Shown: in pieces, positions 54,283 through 63,830 of the stretch
How positions within the stretch are numbered: position 1 is the first letter of the stretch
How the letters are laid out: each line of letters opens with the position of its first letter
From: an uncultured Phycisphaerales bacterium
Lineage (GTDB): Bacteria; Planctomycetota; Phycisphaerae; Tepidisphaerales; Tepidisphaeraceae
Length of the DNA stretch: 64,000 bases
Direction of reading: 5' to 3'
Assembly (NCBI GenBank): GCA_963758525.1
Contig: CAVWVQ010000002.1
Coordinates: forward strand, 392,350 to 456,349
Notes under the pieces: model-generated
Database searches by the model: none
Seen by the model: the letters and a program-made list of their open reading frames with translations, nothing else
Told to the model about the DNA's origin: nothing
Translations under genes and position numbers: made by a program

Positions 54283-55392
54283 ATGATACCACGTTACGTC
54301 ATTTCGTTTCTCTGCACGCTGCTGGTTTTTTCCGCCATCGGCAGCACGCTCCGTTTCGCCACGCGCTCGCAGGTGCGGGCCGGGACGTCGATGCGGGAGA
54401 CTTGGCAGGCCGACTTCACGCTGGATACCTACGCCGGAAGCGATCGGTTCTACCGTGTCGATGACGATATCAAGACTGCTCTGGAGAACGGCATTACCTT
54501 CGCAGGTTCCGGGCCGATATGCATCGTCTCGACCAAAGTCCAAATTACGCCAAGAGATGTCACGTGGGAGGAAAACAAGACGCACTGCACCGCAACCGGC
54601 GCGGGCATGATCGCGCACGTGACCTGGGAGACGCGCGCCGATGCACCCGACGGCGCCGGCGGCTCGATTCATATCGAGTTTCCCAGAATTCGCGGTCTGA
54701 AAGGCTACATCCCCGACTTCCGAAACGGCAGCTTCCAGAAGACCCCTTCCGGCCAATGGGTCTTCCGCGAAATCACCGCATATCGCACCTCAGCATCGCT
54801 GGCACTGGGGCGACTTGGGCTGGCGGTCGCCGCGGCGCTGCCGCTGACCATCGTCTTCGAAGCCGCCCGCTCGCTCATCGTGTTGAACTGGCGCAAGCGT
54901 GGGCGCCTTAAATCACTGGCTTCCCATGCGTCGTCGGAACTGCCCCGCATCTTCCTGCCCAGTCCCGTCGCCGAATGGAACAGTTGGAACCTGACGCTCC
55001 TGATCTTCGGCTTTGTAGGCTGTATCCTCGCGGGCATGAGCGTTTCCGAAGGCTTCATGAGCACGAGATTCTGGTGGGCGATTGTCATCATGCAATTCTG
55101 CGGGGTGCTGATTGCGCTGCTCGTGACGTACTGCGCCCGGATTGCTGGGGTGAGTGTGCGCGTGGACGACGACACCATCTCTCATGCCAAAGGCCGCGGC
55201 GAGCCGCGTTGGGTGACGGCCCGATGGGCCGACCTGCGCGGCATCGTAAAAAAGTCGCAAACCTACCGCGGCTCCCGCAGAGAGTGGCTGGAAGTGGAAT
55301 TCCCCGATGGCAAAAAACGAGTCATCCGCGACGCCAAGGCTCGCGAAGCCGTGCTCAGCTTGTATGCACAGTTCCACCGGCCGGCAAATTGA
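54283..55392 (+). CDS. Hypothetical membrane protein with PH-like C-terminus
   Basis: About four hydrophobic segments; SVRVDDDTISH...W.DL C-terminal pattern. Confidence 0.7.
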   Translation: MIPRYVISFLCTLLVFSAIGSTLRFATRSQVRAGTSMRETWQADFTLDTYAGSDRFYRVDDDIKTALENGITFAGSGPICIVSTKVQITPRDVTWEENKTHCTATGAGMIAHVTWETRADAPDGAGGSIHIEFPRIRGLKGYIPDFRNGSFQKTPSGQWVFREITAYRTSASLALGRLGLAVAAALPLTIVFEAARSLIVLNWRKRGRLKSLASHASSELPRIFLPSPVAEWNSWNLTLLIFGFVGCILAGMSVSEGFMSTRFWWAIVIMQFCGVLIALLVTYCARIAGVSVRVDDDTISHAKGRGEPRWVTARWADLRGIVKKSQTYRGSRREWLEVEFPDGKKRVIRDAKAREAVLSLYAQFHRPAN

Positions 55393-55424
55393 TCCCAAGC
55401 CGACGGGTAGTGGCTAAATCTCCC

Positions 55425-55637
55425 TCAATGCATAAAGAGTCGATGCATGCCCCACAGAATCAACAACACCAGCACGATCAACGCGAAAATACTCCAGGGG
55501 AGTGTCACCAACCCCAGACATCCCAGTGACGTCGCCCCAGCGACGGCGCCCGCCTTGGCGGCATCCTCCGTCGTGGATTCGGACTTCTGCTCCGGCTTGT
55601 CTGATTCTTCCGCCATCGGCTCTCCCGTAGGTGCCAT
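55425..55637 (-). CDS. Small membrane protein
   Basis: Acidic N-terminus and hydrophobic C-terminal helix. Confidence 0.55.
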   Translation of the reverse strand: MAPTGEPMAEESDKPEQKSESTTEDAAKAGAVAGATSLGCLGLVTLPWSIFALIVLVLLILWGMHRLFMH

Positions 55638-55706
55638 ACTCTCATCGCCGGCACAACGGATCATGCTATCCGCCACCCGCGGCCGCGCCAGCGCCAGATC
55701 TCTGCA

Positions 55707-55810
55707 GAAGTTGAAGGTCGCCGGCTTGCCCTCGTCACGGCGTTTGCGCCGTTCGCGGTGAACCGACCGAACTCCATCACCAGTGTTTTCTGGGTCTGCG
55801 ATTCCAGGTG
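55707..55810 (-). pseudogene. Group II intron reverse transcriptase remnant
   Basis: HLESQTQKTLVMEFGRFTA / RRKRRDEGKPATFNF across one frameshift resembles the RT motif LELHPEKTRLIEFGRFA..RRGEGKPETFNF. Confidence 0.7.
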
Positions 55811-55929
55811 AACGCAACGGGGGACACCCGTACCTATTTTGATCGGCCCGCACCCGTTGCCTTCCTCCCCGGTGCGGCTGCGCAAGGCACTTCGGTCGGT
55901 AGAGAGAATTTGGATCTGATGACCTGCTG

Positions 55930-56086
55930 CCCCTTTTAGCCGGTTCGCTTGCGAGCCGTTCCCTTTGGAATTCGAAGAAACCGGCACGCAAGCAAGCCGG
56001 CTAAAAGGGGAAAAGGAACGCCACCCGCTGCGAAGGAATCTTCGTCACCTGCGAACCTCCAGCGAAGCCGACCGCGCGCTCCGCCG
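55930..56086 (+). repeat. Hairpin + Mrr-fragment unit, copy 1
   Basis: CCCCTTTTAGCCGG...CCGGCTAAAAGGGG hairpin then CGCCACCCGCTGCGAAGGAATCTTCGTCACC; duplicated at 57825. Confidence 0.85.
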
Positions 56087-56445
56087 CGATTGAACCGAGT
56101 TTGCGTACCTCCGCCGCTCGGCCGAGACAGGCCAGCACCCGCGCTGGAGCCTTCACTCTCAGACCACGCCAAATTAGCCTACTTGGTCCTTGGGAGTTGT
56201 ACTGTCGTGCCAGACAATCGGTTTGTTTTGTACTGTCGCGGTATCAGACAACTTGCCAGTGCCGAGAATCAAACTGAACCTTTCCAACTCGTCTTGGCTG
56301 CCGAATGGGCTCAATCGGAACGGCACTTGCAGGCAAGCGGCGCGGCCGGTGCAACGTTGGAACGAGATAGGAATCACACCATAGTTCGACACCCGACAGG
56401 CGGCACTCGGCCACAAACAATTTTTCATTTAGGAGAAGTAACCAT

Positions 56446-57660
56446 ATGTTCACCCCCCATCATCACAAATTAGTGGTTGCGTTAGCGGCCCTCGGATTGA
56501 TCTCGCTGCCGATTGCGGTGTTTGCAGACAACAATCCGCAAAACGGACAGCACCAGAATTCATCTCAACAAGACAATCGGGAGAACCGGCAGTCACAAGA
56601 TGACCAGCAAAATACCTCCCAAGACTCTCAAGACCGTACCGCTGGGTCAAAGAGCGGCTCGGTGCTGGTGTACCGGGAAGTAAACGTCGATGGTACGCAG
56701 CATTTCCGTGTCCGCCTGAAGACATCAGGCGGTTCGGTGGAGACCGTTGATCTGGGCCCTTCAAACCAGAACCAGGATCTCATCAACAATATCGAACAGG
56801 GAGACCATATCACCGTTCAGGGGCAGAGCCAGAAAATCAACGGAAAGCAGGTCTTCGTTGCCAATCAGGCCCGCGTGGAAGGCAAAACCTACGAGATCGC
56901 CCAGGCGAACGGAGAAAATGGGCCCGAGCACAAACAGGGCGAGTCTGACAGCGAACAGGCTAACAATCCGCAGAACTCCAACAACCCGGGCACCGTGGTG
57001 CTGCTCGATGAACGGTTTGTCTTCCTCGACGAGGGCAACCTCAACCGGCACCTCATCCTGGCCAAGGAGAATCTGAGGATGGGTGACACGCAGGCCGCTG
57101 CCGGCGAGTTGCGGGTGGCCGCACAGCAACTTGACCTCTACGCCAATGCGACGCAGGGCCGAGCGCAGACAAGCCAATCCGTGAAATCCAGCCAGCAGGA
57201 GCTGGACCGGCTGGCCGACCAGATCAGCAAGGATCAGGGAAAGGTGCAACCTGAAGAAATAGCCCAGGCGGCAGCCCGCGCTCAACTCGCGATCGCAAAG
57301 TTCTACGATGATCGGATTGAGAGCGCCAAAGGCGGCAATAAGTCCCTCGAGGCCGGCTATGCACTGCAGGCAGCCGCGACGCACACCCGTGAGGCTTTGA
57401 TGTGGTCCGGCGAGAATGTTCCCGCCGATGCAGCACATTGCGTCCATCAAGCGATGAAGACTGCCGACGAGCTGATTTCCGGCAACCCGCAGCCCAAGCA
57501 TGATGCGACACAAGTCGCGCAGGCTCTCAGTCGACAGATTGACCAGATCGATCAGCAGTTGGGCCAATCCGAGGCGCAGCCCGCCGGTGCCCGGCTTCCG
57601 GCCGAGAGAAACGAGCATCAATCTCAACAGCAGCAACAACAGTCGCGAGCTGATCAGTAA
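56446..57660 (+). CDS. Secreted Gln/Asn-rich protein with OB-fold-like and helical domains
   Basis: AGGAG RBS, signal peptide, VDLGP...GDHITVQG...VFVA OB-like pattern. Confidence 0.75.
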   Translation: MFTPHHHKLVVALAALGLISLPIAVFADNNPQNGQHQNSSQQDNRENRQSQDDQQNTSQDSQDRTAGSKSGSVLVYREVNVDGTQHFRVRLKTSGGSVETVDLGPSNQNQDLINNIEQGDHITVQGQSQKINGKQVFVANQARVEGKTYEIAQANGENGPEHKQGESDSEQANNPQNSNNPGTVVLLDERFVFLDEGNLNRHLILAKENLRMGDTQAAAGELRVAAQQLDLYANATQGRAQTSQSVKSSQQELDRLADQISKDQGKVQPEEIAQAAARAQLAIAKFYDDRIESAKGGNKSLEAGYALQAAATHTREALMWSGENVPADAAHCVHQAMKTADELISGNPQPKHDATQVAQALSRQIDQIDQQLGQSEAQPAGARLPAERNEHQSQQQQQQSRADQ

Positions 57661-57824
57661 GGTCGCGGGTTGCACGATTCATCCGCCCCGATGGGCGAAT
57701 GAAGCCAGCGTATCGGGCGTAATTCGAACTGTGGTTCGCGGGACGAGGAATTATTCCTCGTCCCGCTGCGTCACTATGGAAACACTGAGTAAGAAAGGGG
57801 GTCATCATCAGGTGACATGCTGCA

Positions 57825-58142
57825 CCCTTTAGCCGGTCGCTTGCGAGCCGTGCCCTTTGGAATTCGAGCAAAACCGGCTCGCGGGCAAGCCGGCTAAAAG
57901 GGGAAAAGGAACGCCACCCGCTGCGAAGGAATCTTCGTCACCTTCGGAACCCTCAGCGAAGCCGCCCGCGCCTTCGCCGCCGGCAAGCCGATCCGGCTCA
58001 TCGATGGGCCCGACGCTCCTCTCGACGTTCGCCACGAACACCGGTCACGCCGATTTGCCGCGCTTGCAGCGTTCCGATGGAACTCCGTACCGCTCGACGC
58101 GGACCGAACACGGGGCGGCCCTTCTGGGGTTGCCGGAACTAG
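57825..58142 (+). repeat. Hairpin + Mrr/zinc-finger fragment unit, copy 2 (pseudogene)
   Basis: Same hairpin; encodes ATRCEGIFVT..KPIRLIDG and PICRACSVPMELRTARRGPNTGRPFWGCRN* with an indel. Confidence 0.85.
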
Positions 58143-58180
58143 TTGCCTGGTGTGCAGTGAGGCGGTTATTCTCGAAAGCC

Positions 58181-58873
58181 ATGGGGATGCACCCGAGCCG
58201 GATAGGTTGGTGGTTTGTATTTATCGCCTCGCTGGTGGTCAATATTGGATTAGGCTATCTGTGGTCACGCAGTCGAAAACCGGTCGAAACTCCTATACGC
58301 ACAGATGTCCCCGCACTCGATGAAACGCTCTACCAGTTTGCCGTTGACCGATTCGACCGCCTCCCGCTGAGCCAATTCCAGGTTGAACGCCCTATGTTTG
58401 GCGACGATATGGCGCACGCCGTGGCAACCTATTTCGGTCATTCGGTCATGGATGACCGCGCAATCCCTGGCGAAACAACGATCGGCTTGGACCGGCGGTT
58501 GGACGGACTCATCGCGTTGCACCCGCGGAGCGTAATCGTCTGGAGCGGGATGAGCGATTTGATCGCCGGACGCGCACGGCGCAGGTCGCCGCCACGCTCT
58601 GCAATGTGGTCAATCGCCTCCAGGCTGCAGGCGTGCGGGTAACACTGGTAGGCCCCCTCCATGTCCTGCCCTCCGCATCCAGCAGCGCGATCAATTCAGA
58701 AATCGACAAGCTGGATGACGCGCTCCGAGTTGCGGCACACGCAAGAGCCGCCCGTTGGATTGATTTGCGCAGTTGCTGATGATCCAAAAATGCGAACGGC
58801 GGATGGCAGAAATCTGAGTAGAATAGGATTATCGCAGGTTGCGGCGCACCTCGTGCTGCAATTTAACAATTGA
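58181..58873 (+). pseudogene. SGNH/GDSL hydrolase-like, degenerate catalytic residues, frameshifted
   Basis: TM anchor; FGDD, DRAIPGETT, GMSD, ADGRNLS correspond to SGNH blocks I, II, III, V. Confidence 0.6.
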
Positions 58874-58881
58874 TCCGGTGG

Positions 58882-58998
58882 CTAGCCTCCCTTTCTTTTC
58901 GATTCGATTTTCTTCCGGCGCTTCGATTCCGTCTGGTACCCGATCGGCGGCTTTGACTTGGTCTTCGGCTCGGCCATCAGCGACCGGATGGCGTTGAT
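58882..58998 (-). pseudogene. ORF6N-family protein C-terminal remnant
   Basis: INAIRSLMAEPKTKSKPPIGY matches the AIRxLM..P....IG(F/Y) tail typical of ORF6N proteins. Confidence 0.55.
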
Positions 58999-59116
58999 TC
59001 AAAGGCGATCGGTAGTGAAGTTGCATTCGTCACCGACACAAAAGAACCTGCCGGGAGTCGGCGATTGATGCCGATTTTGAGATGTGTGCCGGCCGACGGT
59101 ATGATTCGGGAGGCAT

Positions 59117-59497
59117 ATGAGTACACAAACAGTTTCTCCCCCGCTGGCATGGTATGCCCCGACGCTGGTGGCGGCATCGACGCTGCTCCAGTTGCCCGAC
59201 AACTGGGACCAGCACGGCGCAATGCGCGTGAAACCCGCAATTGTGCAGGCGGCGATGACGCTGCTGAACGCCATCATGCTGGATGACACGCCAGCGCCAT
59301 CGGTGGTGCCAACGGTGCGGGGGGGAGTTCAATTGGAATGGCACACGCGGGGAATCGATCTGGAGATTGAGTTTCTCTCTCCCAGCCATGTCCAGGGATT
59401 ATTTGACGATCAGCGGGAAGGCATTTCCTGGGAGAAAGATCTGGCTTCTGACATCGCATCTCTCCATGACGCTATTGCAAGTCTTTCGAGGCAATAG
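59117..59497 (+). CDS. Hypothetical protein with NWD..GA / P...GGVQLEW motif (antitoxin-like)
   Basis: GGAGG RBS; LPDNWDQHGA, PSVVPTVRGGVQLEWH. Confidence 0.75.
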   Translation: MSTQTVSPPLAWYAPTLVAASTLLQLPDNWDQHGAMRVKPAIVQAAMTLLNAIMLDDTPAPSVVPTVRGGVQLEWHTRGIDLEIEFLSPSHVQGLFDDQREGISWEKDLASDIASLHDAIASLSRQ

Positions 59498-59524
59498 CGC
59501 GCGCCGGGAGCGGAGTTCACACAC

Positions 59525-59920
59525 ATGCCCGGTCCTTCTATGGTGGATGATCTCACGATAGCCGACACCGCCGCACTATGGCGGCGCGTGCATCCAGCGT
59601 GGATCGTGAGAGACGACAACTCGGCAGGGATGCGATTGTCATCGGCAGCGTTTGATGACAGCGCCGACGGAAGCCCGCTTTCGGTTTTGCTGGCAGACGT
59701 GATCGCCCTGACACAACGAACCGCGCAGGATGTGCTAGCCGGTTATGAGGGCTGCAAACTCGCGCCCATTACCGCAGGCGCTGCCCGATCTTTCGCACAG
59801 GGAATTGCGCGGACACCCGAGCCGGATGAACCAGCCCACGCTTCGGTGTTTGGGCCGAAGACAAAATCCAATAAGCGGGGGATGGCGAAAACGGCAACAT
59901 GGGTGATCCCGCCGGGCTGA
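59525..59920 (+). CDS. Hypothetical protein, possible ADP-ribosyltransferase/RES-like fold
   Basis: LWRRVH, SSAAF, PLSV, PAHASV pattern; GGAG RBS. Confidence 0.65.
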   Translation: MPGPSMVDDLTIADTAALWRRVHPAWIVRDDNSAGMRLSSAAFDDSADGSPLSVLLADVIALTQRTAQDVLAGYEGCKLAPITAGAARSFAQGIARTPEPDEPAHASVFGPKTKSNKRGMAKTATWVIPPG

Positions 59921-59944
59921 CCAGGCCAACCGGAGAGCCTTAGG

Positions 59945-60360
59945 ATGGGGTACGAGACGGCCATTGACATGTACGGCGTGCGTGTCCGACCCGACAAGTT
60001 CGCCGACGTATCTGCGGCGATCGCGGCCGCCGAACGCGGTGGCGGAGGACATCATTGGATGGTGGGATTGCTGAAAATGGGTAGCCAAGGCGCTCTCTCG
60101 TGGAACGACGTACGCGTAGGCAAATGGAAGTCGCACGAAGAATTTATCCGCGAAATCGCATCTTGGTGTTCACGAGGCTGGGTGTCGTTTCGGAGTCGCG
60201 AGGGAGACGGGGCGGCGTGGGCTTATGAGTTCGACGGAACGGCGGATATCGGGAGTGTTCAGCGCGGCGTGTAGCCGCTATCAAGGCTGCGGCGACGCGC
60301 CGGAGGCGAGCGGCAAGGGTCAGCGCTGCACCGCCCACGAAGCGACGGAGTGGGCAGTGA
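59945..60360 (+). CDS. Hypothetical protein (called ORF ends 60274; probable indel near 60238 extends it to 60360)
   Basis: Globular Trp-rich ORF; alternative frame continues NGGYRECSARRVAAIK... Confidence 0.5.
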
Positions 60361-60480
60361 TGCGAACGCGACCCCGGCATACCGGTTAACTGAACACTTG
60401 AACAAATTGCATTGGCTGATGATCGCCTTTTCTCACACTTCGTGTATCCGGCGAGCATGCTCGCTGTTTTCCCAGTCTGA

Positions 60481-60789
60481 TTGGTCGACGCCCGCGCCAC
60501 CCGCTGCGAGGGAATCTTCGTCACCTGCGGAACCTTCAGCGAAGCCGCCCGGACCTTCGCCGCCCGCAAGCCGATCCGGCTCATCGACGGGCCGACGCTC
60601 CTCTACATGTTCGCCACGATGAATCCGCTGGTTACCGCCGTCAGCAGTTCATGCCAGGTTTCTCTGAGGCAGCGCCCCGTCTACTGCTCACCTGTTCTAC
60701 TGCTCCACTGTCTCGCGCAGCGTACCGGTCGGCCGTTCTGGGGTTGCCGGAACTATCCGCGGTGTCGGGAAATTGTGAACGGCGTTTGA
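60481..60789 (+). pseudogene. 5'-truncated Mrr-type restriction endonuclease + topoisomerase-type C4 zinc finger, copy 3
   Basis: GIFVTCGTFSEAARTFA..KPIRLIDG..L (Mrr C-terminus) and FWGCRNYPRC; catalytic part absent. Confidence 0.8.
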
Positions 60790-60867
60790 TGCATGCGATG
60801 TGCCGTCCGAGGGAAGCTCGATCTGTCCCGCGCCGATCAGTTCGCCTCAATGCGCTGCGGCCCGGCG

Positions 60868-61275
60868 GACCAGCGGCCATCTCTATCAGGGCCGCTACAA
60901 AAGCTTTGTAGTGCAGGAAGATGGGCATTTGCTGACACTGCTGCGTTATGTGGAAGCCAATCCATTGCGGGCGAAGATGGTGGAGCGGGCGCAGGACTGG
61001 CACTGGTCGAGCCTGGGCTGCCAGAAAGAGCTGGCGAGACAACTGCTCGACGACTGGCCGATCGACCGCCCGCGGAACTGGACGGCGCTGGTGAACGAGC
61101 CGATGGATCCGGCCGCCGTGAAACGGGTGGCACTTAGCTTCGAGCGTGGCCGGCCGCTGGGAAGCGATCCCTGGACCCTGAAAATGGCGGGCCGGATGCG
61201 GCTGCAGTACACTCTGAATCCGAGAGGCAGGCCGAAATTGCCGGAAAAAGGCAAATAAAAACGGTGGATGTCACC
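60868..61275 (+). mobile_element. 5'-truncated RAYT/Y1 transposase with right-end motif
   Basis: GHLYQGRYKSF, RYVEANPLRA, DWHWSS, GRPLGS..W, RGRPK; HuH half missing; ends AAAACGGTGGATGTCACC. Confidence 0.85.
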
Positions 61276-61986
61276 TTAACAGCTTCTTACCAAAAAGCAT
61301 TCGACCAAGCGCCGTCCAAGCTACTGTGGGCAGGACTAGCGAAGCTGGCTGGTGGCGTTGTCTACAAGGGTCTGCAGACTGTCTCTGGGCTTCGCCTGAA
61401 TGATGAGGCATGGCTCGCTGCCACATTGCGCGGTCATAATTCACTGGCGCGAGTGATAATCCAGTCCACCTCCGGATACCAATCTCGGGAGGCAGCTTTT
61501 CAAAATGAGTGGTTTCTGGAACGGGAGTTCCTCACAATGCACAAGGCGATTTTTGAGGATTTGGCATGGCAGCATGAAGCTTACCTTCAAGAAGGTTTGC
61601 CCGCTCTAACCTTGCTCAATCTTGCTGAACCAGGTGCGCTGCCTTCTAAGCTCGTACTCGCTTGGAAGCAGATCGATTCTGGGCTCGCACCCTATGTCAA
61701 TCTCGGAAATGAAACCCTATTACGACGCGAACAGTCTGATATACTGCAGAGGTATTACGATGAGATCGGCGAAGTCCCCTTGGGACTCGCCCTGAGCCTT
61801 CAGGCAAAACCTCCATTGCCTGGAGGCAGATCCTTTGAAGATGTAGAGGGCCCAGGTGGAAACATTGCCAACTTCGGCGATAGATGGAACTGGATTAAAT
61901 CGGATATGCTGCCCGCTTGGGAGGCCATGAGTGCTTCGGCTCGGCAGGTGTTAGTTGACAGTCCCCTCGGTTCGTTCGTGCAATAA
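61264..61986 (+). CDS. DUF2515-like domain, probable orphan toxin C-terminal fragment
   Basis: WAGLA, IFEDLAWQHEAY, GN..LLRREQ..ILQ..Y, GNIANF.DRW; lower GC; ORF start lies inside the RAYT end motif. Confidence 0.55.
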   Translation: MDVTLTASYQKAFDQAPSKLLWAGLAKLAGGVVYKGLQTVSGLRLNDEAWLAATLRGHNSLARVIIQSTSGYQSREAAFQNEWFLEREFLTMHKAIFEDLAWQHEAYLQEGLPALTLLNLAEPGALPSKLVLAWKQIDSGLAPYVNLGNETLLRREQSDILQRYYDEIGEVPLGLALSLQAKPPLPGGRSFEDVEGPGGNIANFGDRWNWIKSDMLPAWEAMSASARQVLVDSPLGSFVQ

Positions 61987-61994
61987 AGTGGATT

Positions 61995-62552
61995 ATGATG
62001 GCGATTTTAACAAAGTGGTCCTTGGGCTCTATCCTTGTGGCGATAGTTGTTTCCTCCCTCGGATTCTGGAGGGCCAAAGTGGGTCATCCTCAACTCGACT
62101 ATGATTTCTCGGTTTCCCGCGATATTTCGAAAGTAAGCTGGCCCGAGACGAAAACGGGAGATTGGTTTGCACTGACCGGAACCTACGATCTCAGAGTTCG
62201 CTTCCCTGGCGGCGCAAGCTTCGCCGAAACGGTTCGGGATGTCTACATTTCCCGGACCGCCTCCAATGTCACCGAATTTGAGGCATGCAGTGAACCGATG
62301 TCGATCGGTGGGGCTTACAGCAGGGCCAAGGAGATCGCTTCAGAATGGCGGCTCGACACCCCACGTTTCGAACATTTTCAATATGAGGCTCGTCGAGGCA
62401 GCCTGAGCACCTATGCGGCCGAGGGAGGCAAAGACCCGGTGTTGACATTAGAGCTAATCCCAAGTCTCGCAGGCGATGATCGGCCTTGGTGCCTCAAAGT
62501 CAGCGCTTGGTGGCAAGGTGACGCGATCTATCCGCCGGAGGCGAAACAATGA
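61995..62552 (+). CDS. Hypothetical exported protein (candidate immunity protein)
   Basis: Starts within a few nt of the upstream stop; N-terminal TM/signal. Confidence 0.6.
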   Translation: MMAILTKWSLGSILVAIVVSSLGFWRAKVGHPQLDYDFSVSRDISKVSWPETKTGDWFALTGTYDLRVRFPGGASFAETVRDVYISRTASNVTEFEACSEPMSIGGAYSRAKEIASEWRLDTPRFEHFQYEARRGSLSTYAAEGGKDPVLTLELIPSLAGDDRPWCLKVSAWWQGDAIYPPEAKQ

Positions 62553-62941
62553 AAACCCGGGCTCCCGTCAGTGTGGACGGCTTGCCGGCATATCATGGGA
62601 AAGATGCCCCAGAATGTCAGCACCTTGAATATGAGAAAGTACGTTGCCGGCCTCGCCGGATCAGTCGGTTTGCGGTTGTCTGCTTTTTGCTCGGAATCGC
62701 TTGCGGTCCTTTCGTCCATTCTCGAATCATTCCCCGGGTGCTGATATCACATGGCGCCAGCGCACGTCAGGTCGTTACACTATGCGTTGGAATGTATGTG
62801 TTTGTGTCGATGCTGTCGGCTGTTGCGGCGCGGCGCGTCGCTGATTCAAATGGAGTACTTGTGGGCCAGTGGTTCGCGATCGCGACTATTGCTCTTTGCG
62901 CTGTATGGATTGGCCTTGAGTGGTGGGTTTCGACGATGTGA
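62549..62941 (+). CDS. Hypothetical membrane protein (DUF4190-like)
   Basis: LEYE..SRFAVVCFLLGI, three hydrophobic segments; ATGA overlap. Confidence 0.55.
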   Translation: MKTRAPVSVDGLPAYHGKDAPECQHLEYEKVRCRPRRISRFAVVCFLLGIACGPFVHSRIIPRVLISHGASARQVVTLCVGMYVFVSMLSAVAARRVADSNGVLVGQWFAIATIALCAVWIGLEWWVSTM

Positions 62942-63060
62942 CGGGAACGCCGTGGGCGCGGTATAAAGAAATGCGGAGGGAGGTAGCCCCGCGCTATAAA
63001 AAAAGTCAGCCGACGATTTTGGGGCCCGACCGGTTGCGGAACATCCGGGTGAGGAAAGGG

Positions 63061-63830
63061 GGTCATCAGCCTTTCCCGTCGATTGAGTAGATGGTATGCT
63101 GGTGGAATGGCCCGTATACCCCGTTTTTCCCCCGGCGGGCTGGCGTATCACGTGATGAACCGCACGCCGGGGAAGCTCAAGCTGTTCGAGGATGATGGAG
63201 ACTATCAGGCGTTTGAGAAGGTGCTGATCGAGGCGATCGATCTGCATCGGGGAATATGCCTCTGCGCCTATTGTCTGATGCCCAACCACTTTCATCTGCT
63301 CCTCTATCCCAAGACCGATGGCCAATTGTCCCGCTTCATGCAGTGGCTCACCATGACACCACGCCGCCCGCTGGCATGCCCATCGCCACAGCGTGGGGCG
63401 CGGGCATCTGTACCAGGGCCGCTTCCGGAGCTTCCCGATTCAGCAGGACGGGCATTTCCTGAGTGTCTGCCGGTATGTGGAGCGTAATGCGCTGCGGGCC
63501 AATCTGGTGGCCAAGGCGCAGGACTGGCGATGGGGTTCGCTCTGGGCGAGGGATGACCGCAGCAGCGGGATCGCCCGGTTTCTGGCTCCCTGGCCGGTGG
63601 AGATGCCAGGGAGATGGGTGACTCTGGTCAATCGGGCGGAAAGCGCGGAGGAGCTAGCCGCGTTGCGCCGCGCCGTTGCTCGCGGCCGTCCCTACGGCGA
63701 TGATCGCTGGTCGCAACGGACGGCCAAGGCGCTGGGCACTGAAAGCTCGTTGCGCCCGATCGGCCGGCCGAAGAAATCGAAGCCGCGGAGGAAAGATTGA
63801 CGGATAATAGGCGAAGATAGGCTGATGACC
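63061..63830 (+). mobile_element. RAYT/Y1 HuH transposase element bounded by 12-bp inverted repeats
   Basis: GGTCATCAGCCT (63061-63072) / AGGCTGATGACC (63819-63830). Confidence 0.8.
63107..63800 (+). CDS. REP-associated tyrosine transposase-like (frameshift near 63360)
   Basis: YHVMNR, AYCLMPNHFHL (HuH), GHLYQGRFRSF, RYVERN, DWRWGS, GRP. Confidence 0.9.

Noticed and set aside
55930..57903. Hairpins as integron attC sites
   Set aside because: No RYYYAAC/GTTRRRY core ends and no integron integrase in the window.
55707..58142. DGR or retron (RT plus repeats)
   Set aside because: The RT is only a ~35-codon group II-type scrap, and differences between repeat copies are not adenine-specific.
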